From positions 1 through 63,643 of the IMG/VR virus record IMGVR_UViG_3300045999_010097: a DNA stretch of 63,643 nucleotides, one strand, 5' to 3'. Of this stretch, positions 26,564 to 35,810 are shown one piece after another (the first letter of the stretch is position 1; every line of letters starts with the position of its first letter). The notes under the pieces are model-generated. The model did no database searches. It was given only the letters and a program-made list of their open reading frames with translations, and was not told the DNA's origin. Source of the stretch: a virus. Its lineage: Duplodnaviria > Caudoviricetes. Position numbers and translations under genes: made by a program.

Positions 26564-27205
26564 CTAGCGTCGTTTTGCCCAGCGGTCTCGTGCCGCACAA
26601 GATCGACACCAGGCTTCGTACTTGGTGGGGTCGAATCCTTTGCGGCGTAGGGCCACCAAAAAGGCGGGGTCGGTGGCTACTTTAGGTCGGATAAAGACCT
26701 GCTCGGGTTTGCCCGTCAAGTCGATTTGACATTGGGAGCACTTGGACGAATCGACCTGGTGCCGTTTGTTGGCACGAATATTGCTGTTGTGTTGGGAATC
26801 GTTCCGTAGTGGGGCGACCACTCGCGCAATCCACAGGTCTGCGTCTGGTCCGTCCAGTCGGCCGGTTGCGGACAGCCATTGCAGCACCGACCGTTCCGGT
26901 AGGTCGTAGATGCTACTCGTTTCGGTCATCGGTTTCGGTGTGTAGCGGCGAAGCACCCCGATGGATTCGAGATGGTCACACATGACCCGATAGTTCGTGA
27001 ACACGGTTCCTTTGTACTTACAGGGCCAATCAGCATCCCATTTCGGGAGTCCGTCCGATGGATTGATGTCGAATGGTTCCATAGCGACCTTCATCGGGTC
27101 GTCCCCGGCTTGGAGACGGGCGTAGTAGAGGTCGTATGGAATCCCGGCCCGCATCAAGAAGTGGTTGTGCGATTCGTAACCGGGTGGCGGGTTTGAAGCG
27201 ACCAT
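26564..27205 (-). CDS. Hypothetical protein with C-terminal Zn-finger-like CxxC pairs
   Basis: CSQC...WCRSC; first gene downstream of the large palindrome. Confidence 0.6.
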   Translation of the reverse strand: MVASNPPPGYESHNHFLMRAGIPYDLYYARLQAGDDPMKVAMEPFDINPSDGLPKWDADWPCKYKGTVFTNYRVMCDHLESIGVLRRYTPKPMTETSSIYDLPERSVLQWLSATGRLDGPDADLWIARVVAPLRNDSQHNSNIRANKRHQVDSSKCSQCQIDLTGKPEQVFIRPKVATDPAFLVALRRKGFDPTKYEAWCRSCAARDRWAKRR

Positions 27206-27316
27206 ATGGTGAGTTTACCACGGTTGAACACTGTTCAATGGGCGGGGCCGATTCGCTGTTTAGGTGTGGGATGATGTAGGTTCGGGGGCTAGTTAACGTG
27301 GGCTTTTTGGTTGTTT

Positions 27317-27539
27317 GCGGTGACAGGTGTATTTTTCGGTCAAAAACGAGGCTGTTTTTACCGCATTGCAACGCGAAATTTCCGAAATTCCGGAAAAATG
27401 CTCTATCTAATCTAATCCCATAAGATCCGGATGTTATTAGATGTGCTCTTTAGAGCAGTTTTCCGCCAAAATGGAAATTTCGCATTGGGATGCGGTAAAA
27501 ACGGGGTGTTTTTGAGGGTTGGAGTACACCTGTCACCGC
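27317..27539. repeat. ~220-bp imperfect palindrome (cruciform), core shared with 4018-4068
   Basis: Nested arms GCGGTGACAGGTGTA/TACACCTGTCACCGC, TCAAAAAC/GTTTTTGA, TTTTTACCGCAT/ATGCGGTAAAAA, GCGAAATTTCC/GGAAATTTCGC, CGGAAAAATGCTCTA/TAGAGCAGTTTTCCG. Confidence 0.85.
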
Positions 27540-27650
27540 GCAGGGGTATCCAATGAACAACCCGTCGCATCCGGACGCCATCGGACGTCTTGAGCGGCGG
27601 GTCGTGGGTAGCCGGTCGCTGCCGACCGGCTCTTACAGGTTGGATGGCGG

Positions 27651-28595
27651 CTAGATGAGTAAGGAATCCCAACCCAATAGAGCCGCCGTGGCCGTTCGCC
27701 AGGACGGGATGTGGTCGGCTGTCACACCTTGCATCGTAGCCTGACCGGACAGGACCGCCAACAGGCCCTCCTCAAAAGACGAGGACGTGAACCGATAGCC
27801 ATGGCGAACGGTCGTGGCCAACCCACCGGACGGGACGACGATCGGAGTACATCCCGCTGCTTGAGCCTCGGCAGCCGCCAATGAGAACAACTCGCGACCT
27901 ACACCGGGATGCACCCAAAAATCAGATTCCGCCAACAAATCCCGAACTTGTTGGTCGCTGGTCGCCCGATCGCCATAAGTTCCGGTTACCAACCGATAGC
28001 CGGTTTCCTGTTCGATGTCGCAACGGTCCCACAACGCCTGTAGCTTCGCCAGACCGCGATCCGGACTGGATGTGAATGCCACCTGCCGTTTCCGGATTTT
28101 ATTGCTTGTAGGCGAATACAGTGCGTGGTCGATCCCGTGAGGGACGACTCTTGCTCCTAGATTTGGCGGCATCAGGTTCTTAGCCGCAGACGAGATAACA
28201 ACCAGATCATCCGTGATTACGTCAACTGAATCCAACCAGTCGAAGTAGTAGTCCGGATGGTCGAAGAAGAAATTCGTCCAGATGCGAACCGATCCGGTGT
28301 GTCCCACAATATCCAGATTGGACCGAGGATTCATCAACCAGACCTCGGCGGCATCCGGACAGGACCGGTCGTGTTGGCTGCGGTTCTTGTAAACAACTCG
28401 ATTCACTTCTCTAGTGGGACCGTCGTAGACCACGACGACTTCTCGACCCAACGAAGTCGCTTCCTCTGCCGTCCGCACATAGAAGCGGTCCGTGCCGCGA
28501 ATCGGACAGGACGGGTCCCAACGGAAATGCGGCGGCAATTCCTCGGTAATGAAGTACGTGATGGTCGACGAGATTTCTTTGTTGAGGCGAGTCAC
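27651..28595 (-). CDS. GT-B (GT4-like) glycosyltransferase
   Basis: VPHGID, FTSSPDRGL, ELFSLAAAEAQAAG (E-x7-E); GTG start after AGGAGG; paralogous to the C-half of the next gene. Confidence 0.8.
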   Translation of the reverse strand: MTRLNKEISSTITYFITEELPPHFRWDPSCPIRGTDRFYVRTAEEATSLGREVVVVYDGPTREVNRVVYKNRSQHDRSCPDAAEVWLMNPRSNLDIVGHTGSVRIWTNFFFDHPDYYFDWLDSVDVITDDLVVISSAAKNLMPPNLGARVVPHGIDHALYSPTSNKIRKRQVAFTSSPDRGLAKLQALWDRCDIEQETGYRLVTGTYGDRATSDQQVRDLLAESDFWVHPGVGRELFSLAAAEAQAAGCTPIVVPSGGLATTVRHGYRFTSSSFEEGLLAVLSGQATMQGVTADHIPSWRTATAALLGWDSLLI

Positions 28596-28974
28596 AACTT
28601 CCTCCTGACCCATCGGGTCGCATGTCGGGTCGCATGTCGGGTCGCATGTCGGATGATGTAGGTTGAGATGGGTTCGGTCAGGATGACCAAATAGAAGACG
28701 ATACAGCCCGCGATAACGCGATGCGTCATTGGCTGCTATCGTAGGTAATCACGACTTCGATTTTTCGTTCCGAGGGCGAGCTGGCAACGAGTCGCATGTG
28801 GTCTCGACAATGACGACGAATGAACTCCTGGTATGACTCCTCGTCTCGAAGAACAACCGTTGAGATGATGTGGCTCGGGGTGAGGACCTGTTTTTGTTCC
28901 ATCGATCGGCTCCTGTTGGGATTACCGTAAGCAACCTCGAAGAAAAAGTAAAGGGGGCCGAAGCCCCCTCTAGA

Positions 28975-31284
28975 TCAAGCACCTGTCGGTTTCTTGGGCA
29001 AGACGGTCCAGACCTCCGAGAACCGTTTAGCCACCTCAAGCCAGTCGAACTTCGCGACCGCATCCTTGGCCAGACGAAGCCTGTCTTCGGACGACATCGG
29101 GTTTTGAATGGCTGCGATAAGGGCATCCGCGTAGTTGACTGCCTCAGGTACGAAAGTAGCGTCCGGCGCGACTTCCGGAAGGGCACCGTTCGGAGCGGTC
29201 AAAACGTGACACCCGATCGCGGTTGCCTTTACAGCCGAGATACAAAATGTCTCAACATCGGTGCTCTCGTAATGCGAATAGGCCCACACGTTCGCGTCCG
29301 ACATGGCTTCGTATAGCTCTTGATGGCCAACTCCACCGTGATGATGGACGTCAAGATGCCGAACTGCCTCATAATGAGACATAACATCTTGATAAACAGC
29401 CGGTTGGAATCGTTGCAACATGGACCAATCGTAGTAGATATCCAGATAGGCGTCTGGACAGGCTTGTTTCACTTTGGGCCAAGCCTTCAGCAACGTTCGA
29501 AGACCACGAGACGGACACGACGTGTACACAATCTTGTTTGCTTTTTTAGGCAACGAAGCCATCAGCGGCGTCGGGTCCGCAGCTTCACCAAAACCGAAGT
29601 CTTTTCCAACGATTCCGTTCGCCAACTTGACGAATTTCACATTGTGTTCGGACGGTAAACTCCGTTCGATGCACTTTTGGTGATGGTCCGACAAGACAAT
29701 GACGCTCGAAACACCTTTCAAAATGGCGTTTGCAGTGCGCGGATCGGACACACCAACAGACATATCGTGCAGCCAAAAGGAAGAATTTCCGATTCCAGCG
29801 GGGGCAAAAGCAGCCTCGTCACCTTCCTTTTTTGCCTTCAAACGGCGAATTTGAGTCTCAATTAGGTGCTTGACAAGCCCAGTCGCACGCCAAATGACCA
29901 ATACACCGTGCTCATCATCGACGTCGAAATCCTTGAAGTCTCGCCACTCGACTCCCCAAGGATCAATCCCTCCCAGAGAAGTTGGGGGCAGGATTCCATA
30001 GACGCGGACGTTACGTCCTAGTTGCGCCAAGGCCCGCGTCAAGTAAACAACAGCCTCCTCGGAACCGCCCAACATCGTATTGGTGGATGACCAGTCGAAC
30101 GGTTGTGGTGTATGCGGCACCAAAATCGTGATGCGGTCGATGTGCTTACGAATGGACATGACGGCATCGCCGACCGCTTTATGCGTTCGCAGATCGCCCC
30201 GCACGGAATTAATCACCTTTTCGATACCACCTGCGGGATAATCCAGATGAGCGGCGGCATCAGCCATGCAAATCGGAGCAAAAACCTTTTCAAACAGAAA
30301 CCCCTCATGTGTGGTTTGTTGTCCCGCAACCGACGACTTGGTCGCGGCTTCAATACACTTGACCCATTCGCCCATGGCGTGATACACAATAGCCTCATAG
30401 GCAGGGCCAGCCAATTTCGCATACTTCAAAGCGGAGTGTAGGTTGCCGTCGTTCGCTTCGAGTCGACTAAGGTCCGAATAGGCGTGACGTCCCTCAGGTA
30501 GAGTCGGATACGTGTCTCCAACCTCTTTGAGGTAGGGTCGACACTCGGCAAACTTACCGTCCAACTTCAATTCCATTGCAATCGTGCGAGCGAGGCGGGC
30601 CTTATATTCTTTATCCGTAGTGGTCTCGTAGTCCCTACGAGCAATAACGGCATTACGTCGCAATGCCCGATCCTTATCCTCTTCGGATTTTCGTCGATGC
30701 TTCACACAAAGAGTGTCTTTGTTCTCAATATTGGCGAGAGCGTTATTCGGCAATGGTTTATTGGACACAAGACGTTCATGAATGGCGTCGGTCCAATTCC
30801 AATGACTACCCCACTTCAACAAGCGGAGCGTAGGTAGCTCCTCCAGAACGTCGTAATCGTAGGAGATGAACAAGCCCTCGACGTAAGGGTGTTCCTTCTC
30901 AGTTTTTTCAATCAAAGATCGGAGGTTATGACCACCGACGAGAACGTCATCCGTATCGAGGAAGAAGCGCCACTTGCCGGTGGCGGCCTTGAAGTTTGCG
31001 TTGCGCGCCTTAGCAAAGTCATCACACCAAGCGAAGTCGGTCAGTACGAATGCCTTTCCTCGCTCGCGGACAAGCTCACCGAACGATTCTAGGATCTTAC
31101 GAGTGTCGTCTTTACAACCGGTATCGGTAAAGACGAACTCGTCGAAATGGTCGACAACGGACTCTAGCAACGGACGGATTGTGTCCTGGTTATCTCGGAA
31201 GATCACACACAACGACAGAAACGGTTTTGGTGCTCGGGCAGTAAGATCTTTCAAGGGGCGAGTAATAGGCCGGATCGGTTTCAC
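28975..31284 (-). CDS. GT2 + helical (TPR-like) + GT4-like multidomain glycosyltransferase
   Basis: LSLCVIFRD, DTGCKDDT, WCDDFAKARN, FLDTDD, IHE (GT2-TPR/SunS-like); GGSEEA, WLHD, YTSCPSRGL, ETFCISAVKA (GT-B). Confidence 0.85.
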   Translation of the reverse strand: MKPIRPITRPLKDLTARAPKPFLSLCVIFRDNQDTIRPLLESVVDHFDEFVFTDTGCKDDTRKILESFGELVRERGKAFVLTDFAWCDDFAKARNANFKAATGKWRFFLDTDDVLVGGHNLRSLIEKTEKEHPYVEGLFISYDYDVLEELPTLRLLKWGSHWNWTDAIHERLVSNKPLPNNALANIENKDTLCVKHRRKSEEDKDRALRRNAVIARRDYETTTDKEYKARLARTIAMELKLDGKFAECRPYLKEVGDTYPTLPEGRHAYSDLSRLEANDGNLHSALKYAKLAGPAYEAIVYHAMGEWVKCIEAATKSSVAGQQTTHEGFLFEKVFAPICMADAAAHLDYPAGGIEKVINSVRGDLRTHKAVGDAVMSIRKHIDRITILVPHTPQPFDWSSTNTMLGGSEEAVVYLTRALAQLGRNVRVYGILPPTSLGGIDPWGVEWRDFKDFDVDDEHGVLVIWRATGLVKHLIETQIRRLKAKKEGDEAAFAPAGIGNSSFWLHDMSVGVSDPRTANAILKGVSSVIVLSDHHQKCIERSLPSEHNVKFVKLANGIVGKDFGFGEAADPTPLMASLPKKANKIVYTSCPSRGLRTLLKAWPKVKQACPDAYLDIYYDWSMLQRFQPAVYQDVMSHYEAVRHLDVHHHGGVGHQELYEAMSDANVWAYSHYESTDVETFCISAVKATAIGCHVLTAPNGALPEVAPDATFVPEAVNYADALIAAIQNPMSSEDRLRLAKDAVAKFDWLEVAKRFSEVWTVLPKKPTGA
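31193..31224. repeat. 32-bp inverted repeat, left arm (inside the GT 5' end)
   Basis: Reverse complement of 33106-33137 with 1 mismatch. Confidence 0.85.
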
Positions 31285-31598
31285 TTGTCGTTCTCCTGTT
31301 GCTCGGGGGAGGTTATCACGGACGTGGCGATGGTGAGTGTCATATTGACACCCGCGTCGGGCGGACACCGGTCGAAAGCGGCCATGAGGCAGTCGCCCAT
31401 GCGAGCAACGTGACTCAAGAAATCAGGGGATTTCTTCCCAAGATCCCGTTGTATAAGACCCGACAGTGGGGTTTGCTCAGGGAGCAGAGTACCGTCAGCT
31501 TGGATGATCACGACGCGCCGGTTACCTAGAGCAATTCCAACGCCGACGAAATCGTCGTCAGCATTGACATACAAGATAACCTCTCCACGATTAGTCAT
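31281..31598 (-). CDS. Hypothetical protein
   Basis: ATG 31598 after AAGGAA; its stop overlaps the GT start (GTGA). Confidence 0.6.
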   Translation of the reverse strand: MTNRGEVILYVNADDDFVGVGIALGNRRVVIIQADGTLLPEQTPLSGLIQRDLGKKSPDFLSHVARMGDCLMAAFDRCPPDAGVNMTLTIATSVITSPEQQENDK

Positions 31599-31630
31599 TT
31601 GATGGTTCCTTTCGCCTTGGCGATGGCGGA

Positions 31631-31924
31631 CTACTCCCCTCGGAGCCAGCGCCAAACGCGCACGGCGTCCTCGGGAGGGTCGACTCGGTACAAAGTGTTG
31701 ATGTCGGTGTTCATGTTCGGGCCAGAGACACGAAGCACCTCGACCTCGAAGCCGCGCACGAACACGGTCAAATTGCGGTTGCCTCGCCACCACTCAAGCG
31801 AGATTTCTTCATCCGTCCCGCCGACGTGCGGCGGATACCAAGGCAGACCGGCGGCCTCGATGGCCGAGCGGAAGCCGCGCAGCCATGCCCCCGCGTCTTT
31901 GTTGACGGGTGCCTTTCGGGTCAT
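31631..31924 (-). CDS. Hypothetical protein
   Basis: ATG 31924 after AAGGA, ATGA-coupled. Confidence 0.55.
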   Translation of the reverse strand: MTRKAPVNKDAGAWLRGFRSAIEAAGLPWYPPHVGGTDEEISLEWWRGNRNLTVFVRGFEVEVLRVSGPNMNTDINTLYRVDPPEDAVRVWRWLRGE

Positions 31925-32118
31925 GGCGTATCCTTCGGCAAGTGCCCCACGCGCCAGCACATGAACGCGTCGATGTCGACGCGCCCGCACTCGGCGCACG
32001 CCTCATAGGCAGCTTCGTACAACTCGTCCAAGCGGCGCGCTTGTTCTACGGCGTCGTGCAGAGCTTCTTCCCGCGCCGTCTCGATGTTCCAGTCATCTTT
32101 GCGATGTTCACGATTCAT
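31921..32118 (-). CDS. Hypothetical protein (CxxC)
   Basis: Coupled small ORF. Confidence 0.5.
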   Translation of the reverse strand: MNREHRKDDWNIETAREEALHDAVEQARRLDELYEAAYEACAECGRVDIDAFMCWRVGHLPKDTP

Positions 32119-32341
32119 AGCTGGCCTTTTTCAGCGTCACCTTGACGTCATACTCAAGGTACTGCGAAGTCTTTGCCTCGATCAGCGCGCAGCGCGAGCA
32201 GCGCGGACCGCCGTGGTCTTCGTAATCGTTGACGGGGTTCTCGTCGGAGCAGTAGCCACGATACAATCTGGCCCGTGAATCGTGTTTGCGCCGCTTATTT
32301 TCCACGGCCCATTTGTGTGCTTGCTCATCGTGTGCCTCCAT
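32108..32341 (-). CDS. Hypothetical protein
   Basis: Coupled small ORF with Cys motif. Confidence 0.5.
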   Translation of the reverse strand: MEAHDEQAHKWAVENKRRKHDSRARLYRGYCSDENPVNDYEDHGGPRCSRCALIEAKTSQYLEYDVKVTLKKASYES

Positions 32342-32350
32342 GTTGACTTT

Positions 32351-32965
32351 TCATACATCACCTACCCAAGCCGCCACTTTGGAGCTACCACCTGTCGCAC
32401 AATTAACAACTCGGGTGCCGTGAGGCAGCACCACTTCGCCATGAGCCTCATGGATGTGCCCGTGCAGATGTAGTTTTGGTCGAATGCGGGCAATAGCATC
32501 ACCCAAATGAGGGCATCCCGCCTGGCCTCCATGATGCACGGTATCCAGGATACCCCGTGATGGTCCGTGTGTGATCAACACGTCGATGTCGGATGGCAGG
32601 GCACCCCAAAGATTGATAGCGGCTCGCCAATCGTACATAAAAGCCCAATTACCAAACCTAGGTGTCCATGGAGCACCGAAGAACTTGACCCCCTCGATCA
32701 CGACAGAGGAATCACGTAGGTACTCGACGTCATAGCCAAGATCCGAGGGGCCTGCGAAGCCGTCTTCAAATGACAGATCGTGGTTACCTGCAATTACGAT
32801 CTTGTGTTCGTAAGGTAACTCACGAAGCCAACTTGAGAAGCGGGCAATCTCCCCTGGCCTACCGTAGTTAGTAAAGTCCCCACAATGGACGAACACGTCT
32901 CCTTCGGGCATGCTTTTGGCATCTGGATGGTTACCATGAGTGTCGGAAATAGCAACAATACGCAC
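32351..32965 (-). CDS. Metallophosphoesterase (MPPED-like)
   Basis: ISDTH, HCGDFT, IAGNHD, ITHGP, HGHIHE; AGGAGG RBS. Confidence 0.9.
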   Translation of the reverse strand: MRIVAISDTHGNHPDAKSMPEGDVFVHCGDFTNYGRPGEIARFSSWLRELPYEHKIVIAGNHDLSFEDGFAGPSDLGYDVEYLRDSSVVIEGVKFFGAPWTPRFGNWAFMYDWRAAINLWGALPSDIDVLITHGPSRGILDTVHHGGQAGCPHLGDAIARIRPKLHLHGHIHEAHGEVVLPHGTRVVNCATGGSSKVAAWVGDV

Positions 32966-32985
32966 GAAACCTCCTGGTCCGGTAG

Positions 32986-33013
32986 ACTGTATTCATGGGG
33001 CGAGACAAGTCAA
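32986..33013 (-). promoter_or_regulatory. Sigma70-like promoter for the minus-strand MPE-to-GT operon
   Basis: TTGACT-N16-TACAGT on the minus strand, just upstream of AGGAGG-GTG. Confidence 0.55.
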
Positions 33014-33105
33014 GACAAAACCGGACATGCGGGTGATTTCGCTCGGTCTTCTCGACGAGAAGAGCGAATGTTTTCTCCGTGAACCAGATCACCCGTGCCC
33101 AGCAG

Positions 33106-33137
33106 CCGTTCCTGTCGTTGTGTGTGATCTTCCGAGA
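33106..33137. repeat. 32-bp inverted repeat, right arm (remnant GT 5' end on the + strand)
   Basis: CCGTTCCTGTCGTTGTGTGTGATCTTCCGAGA; within mini-ORF VNQITRAQQPFLSLCVIFRDKVEI... Confidence 0.85.
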
Positions 33138-33198
33138 CAAGGTAGAGATCGGTGTCACGAAGTCTCATGTCGGCCTCCTAGTGGGATAGACTGTAAAC

Positions 33199-33855
33199 AT
33201 GTCGGGGATGAAGACAAGCGGCATTTACCTGATCCGCAACGAACGAACAGGTAAAGTCTATGTAGGCCAGTCCACAAACATTCACAGGCGGCGGCAGAGT
33301 CATGTGCGCCTGCTCTCAAGGGGGGTCCATCATTGTGCCCCTTTGCAGTATTCTTGGAACAAGTACGGAGGTGAGGTCTTCTCATTTATTGTGTTCTGTC
33401 AGGCCGCGTCAGAAAAGCTGAACGACTATGAAATTTGGGCGTTCGGGCTAATCCCGCCTCATTGGCGCTACAATGTTGGAGCCCCGGGGGCTTCAATGCA
33501 GGGTAGGAAGCATTCCGAAGAGACAAAAGCGCAGATGGCCCTCTCTCGGAAAGGAAGAACCGTCCCGGAGGATGTTCGCGCTAAGATCAGAGAAACTTTG
33601 TTGGGCCATGTTGTTGCGGAAGACACCAGAAGCAAGATCAGGGCAGCAAAAAGAGGCAGCTCTCTGTCCGAGGCCACCAAAAAGGCTATGCGAAAGGCAC
33701 AACAAAATCGCACGGAAGCCCATCAGAAAGCCATCGCTGAAGGACATCGAGGCTTGAAGAGGTCGCCAGAAACGAAGAAGCGTATTGCAGATGCCATAAG
33801 AGAACACTGGAGTAAACGCCGTGCGTCGCAAGAACATCAAAACAGCGCCCACTGA
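33199..33855 (+). CDS. GIY-YIG homing endonuclease with NUMOD3 repeats
   Basis: GIYLI...VYVGQS, R..H, LQYSWNKYG, YN; repeated KHSEETKAQM/SEATKK/SPETKKRI. Confidence 0.9.
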   Translation: MSGMKTSGIYLIRNERTGKVYVGQSTNIHRRRQSHVRLLSRGVHHCAPLQYSWNKYGGEVFSFIVFCQAASEKLNDYEIWAFGLIPPHWRYNVGAPGASMQGRKHSEETKAQMALSRKGRTVPEDVRAKIRETLLGHVVAEDTRSKIRAAKRGSSLSEATKKAMRKAQQNRTEAHQKAIAEGHRGLKRSPETKKRIADAIREHWSKRRASQEHQNSAH

Positions 33856-35419
33856 CTTAGTCGAGGCGGCAATCGAAGCCGAGTTGGTCCGCCGCGACGC
33901 GGAGACCCTCCCGCAAGACTTCTATGCTTTTGTGCGAGCCGCTTGGGACGAGGTCGAACAGTACCAATTCAAAGACGGTATGCATGTCCGAGCCATTTGT
34001 GCTCATCTGCAAGCTGCCGCCGAGCGGCGTATCAAAAATCTTTGCATCAACGTCCCACCGCGCCTAGGCAAGAGTACTCTGTGCTCCGTGATATTCCCTG
34101 CTTGGGTGCTCACACGGTCTCCCAAAGAAACATTGTTGTTCGCGTCCTATTCACAGACGCTTGCTAATCGGGATTCCGTAAAGACTCGTGCTCTTGTTGA
34201 AAGTGACTGGTACCAAGCCCGGTTTCCGTTTGTCAAGATTCGGGATGATTCAAACCTCAAAACAGCATTCGTTACCACCGAAGGAGGTGGTCGGCAGTGT
34301 ACCTCCGTGGGGGGTACCGTTACGGGACTTGGTGGTTCGTTCTTGTTGCTGGACGACCCGCTGAATGCTATGGATGGGGAGTCTGCTGTAGTCCGCGAGA
34401 CGGCGAATCAGTGGTTTCAGGAGGCGTGGATGTCCCGCGTCGCTGGCGATCCGAACCAAGCCGTGCGAATCGTCATCATGCAGCGACTTCATGCCCGCGA
34501 CGTCAGTGCTTTGTGTAAAGACGCAGGGTGGGACATGCTAATCCTACCCATGGAATACGAAGGTAAATCCGACCCGACGGCTTTGGCCTGGACTGATCCT
34601 CGAACCGAGTTCGGTCAGCTACTTTGGCCCGAACAATGGGGGCGCGAAGCAGTCGACCGCATGAAAGTAACGCTCGGCAGTTATGCCTACGCCGGGCAGT
34701 ACCAACAACGCCCCGCCCCCCGAGGCGGCGGTATTCTCAAGAGGCATTGGATTCGCTATTGGTACGACCCGACAGTGCTGGCCAATCCGGACCCGGTTCA
34801 GGTCCAACTGCCTGACGGCGAATGGGTCGAAGCTGTGCAGGAACCATTGACTATTCAACCGGATATGCGGACAGAAGCCTCGTGGGACTGTTCCTTTAAG
34901 GGAGGCGTCAAAAACGACTATGTCGTAGGTCAAGTTTGGCACAAAGATAAAGCCAAATTTTACTTGCTTGACCAATTCAGGGCTAAGGCCGACTTTCCAG
35001 AGACGGTTGCCGCTGTTCGACAAATTGCTAATACATGGAGACCTTTGCCTATCATGATCGAAGGCAAAGCCAATGGACCAGCGGTCATCTCTGCCTTGCA
35101 AGGTGAGATCTCAGGCATCTTAGAAATTAACCCCGCAGGGGGCAAAGAGTCCAGAGCTTCGTCGATCGCTCCGCTATTCGAAGCCGGAAATGTGTACCTG
35201 CCCCATCCCCAAATGGCTGCCTGGGTAGAAGAATCGATTCAAGAGATTACGATGTTCCCCCGAGCCCCGCACGACGACGTCGTCGACGCTATGTCACAAG
35301 CGCTCGTCCATATGCGCGATCGACGAGTCGAAGTCGTGGATATGGACGCGACGTATTCTGATGGGCGGGGGAGCACAACGCAGATAGACCTGGTCGGCGA
35401 GTCGTATTGGGCCAATTGA
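33821..35419 (+). CDS. terL: Terminase large subunit
   Basis: Walker A PPRLGKS, Walker B LLDD, MQRLH, QYQQRP, nuclease SWD..FK, KESR, HDDVVDAMSQ. Confidence 0.95.
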   Translation: MRRKNIKTAPTDLVEAAIEAELVRRDAETLPQDFYAFVRAAWDEVEQYQFKDGMHVRAICAHLQAAAERRIKNLCINVPPRLGKSTLCSVIFPAWVLTRSPKETLLFASYSQTLANRDSVKTRALVESDWYQARFPFVKIRDDSNLKTAFVTTEGGGRQCTSVGGTVTGLGGSFLLLDDPLNAMDGESAVVRETANQWFQEAWMSRVAGDPNQAVRIVIMQRLHARDVSALCKDAGWDMLILPMEYEGKSDPTALAWTDPRTEFGQLLWPEQWGREAVDRMKVTLGSYAYAGQYQQRPAPRGGGILKRHWIRYWYDPTVLANPDPVQVQLPDGEWVEAVQEPLTIQPDMRTEASWDCSFKGGVKNDYVVGQVWHKDKAKFYLLDQFRAKADFPETVAAVRQIANTWRPLPIMIEGKANGPAVISALQGEISGILEINPAGGKESRASSIAPLFEAGNVYLPHPQMAAWVEESIQEITMFPRAPHDDVVDAMSQALVHMRDRRVEVVDMDATYSDGRGSTTQIDLVGESYWAN

Positions 35420-35755
35420 TTACAGTAAAAACCCCTTGGGTAAGGAGCCTTCGGCGACCCATTTACGAGCAGCATCAATCCCTACGCAATACACCGTATT
35501 GAAATTTGGATGGCGACAGACAGCTTTTGATTCATGTTCCGTATCCAGAAAAAGGAACCACTCGTCGGTACGCATGTCGTTGCAATGAGCACGTCTAGTT
35601 TCCGTGCCGCCAGGACGAGAGGTCCATATGATTCCGTGGGGTGGCGTAAACATGGCGTTTACTTCTCCCCAACGAGAAATCTGAGACCCATCAGATGGGA
35701 CCTTTGGAGGGCACATATCCGGCCAAAAGCTGAGTTGTTCTGCTTGATTTACCAT
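35420..35755 (-). CDS. Hypothetical protein inserted antisense between terL and portal
   Basis: 111 aa ORF filling the gap; its stop abuts the terL stop. Confidence 0.5.
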   Translation of the reverse strand: MVNQAEQLSFWPDMCPPKVPSDGSQISRWGEVNAMFTPPHGIIWTSRPGGTETRRAHCNDMRTDEWFLFLDTEHESKAVCRHPNFNTVYCVGIDAARKWVAEGSLPKGFLL

Positions 35756-35810
35756 AGGCGCATTCTAATCTGCCCTAAGACAGCGTCAAGGGGTGGTACT
35801 ATAGGACATC

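Noticed and set aside
28611-28652. CATGTCGGGTCG tandem repeats as a regulatory array
   Set aside because: Only about 3 units; consistent with slippage in a small minus-strand ORF (RHAT repeats)
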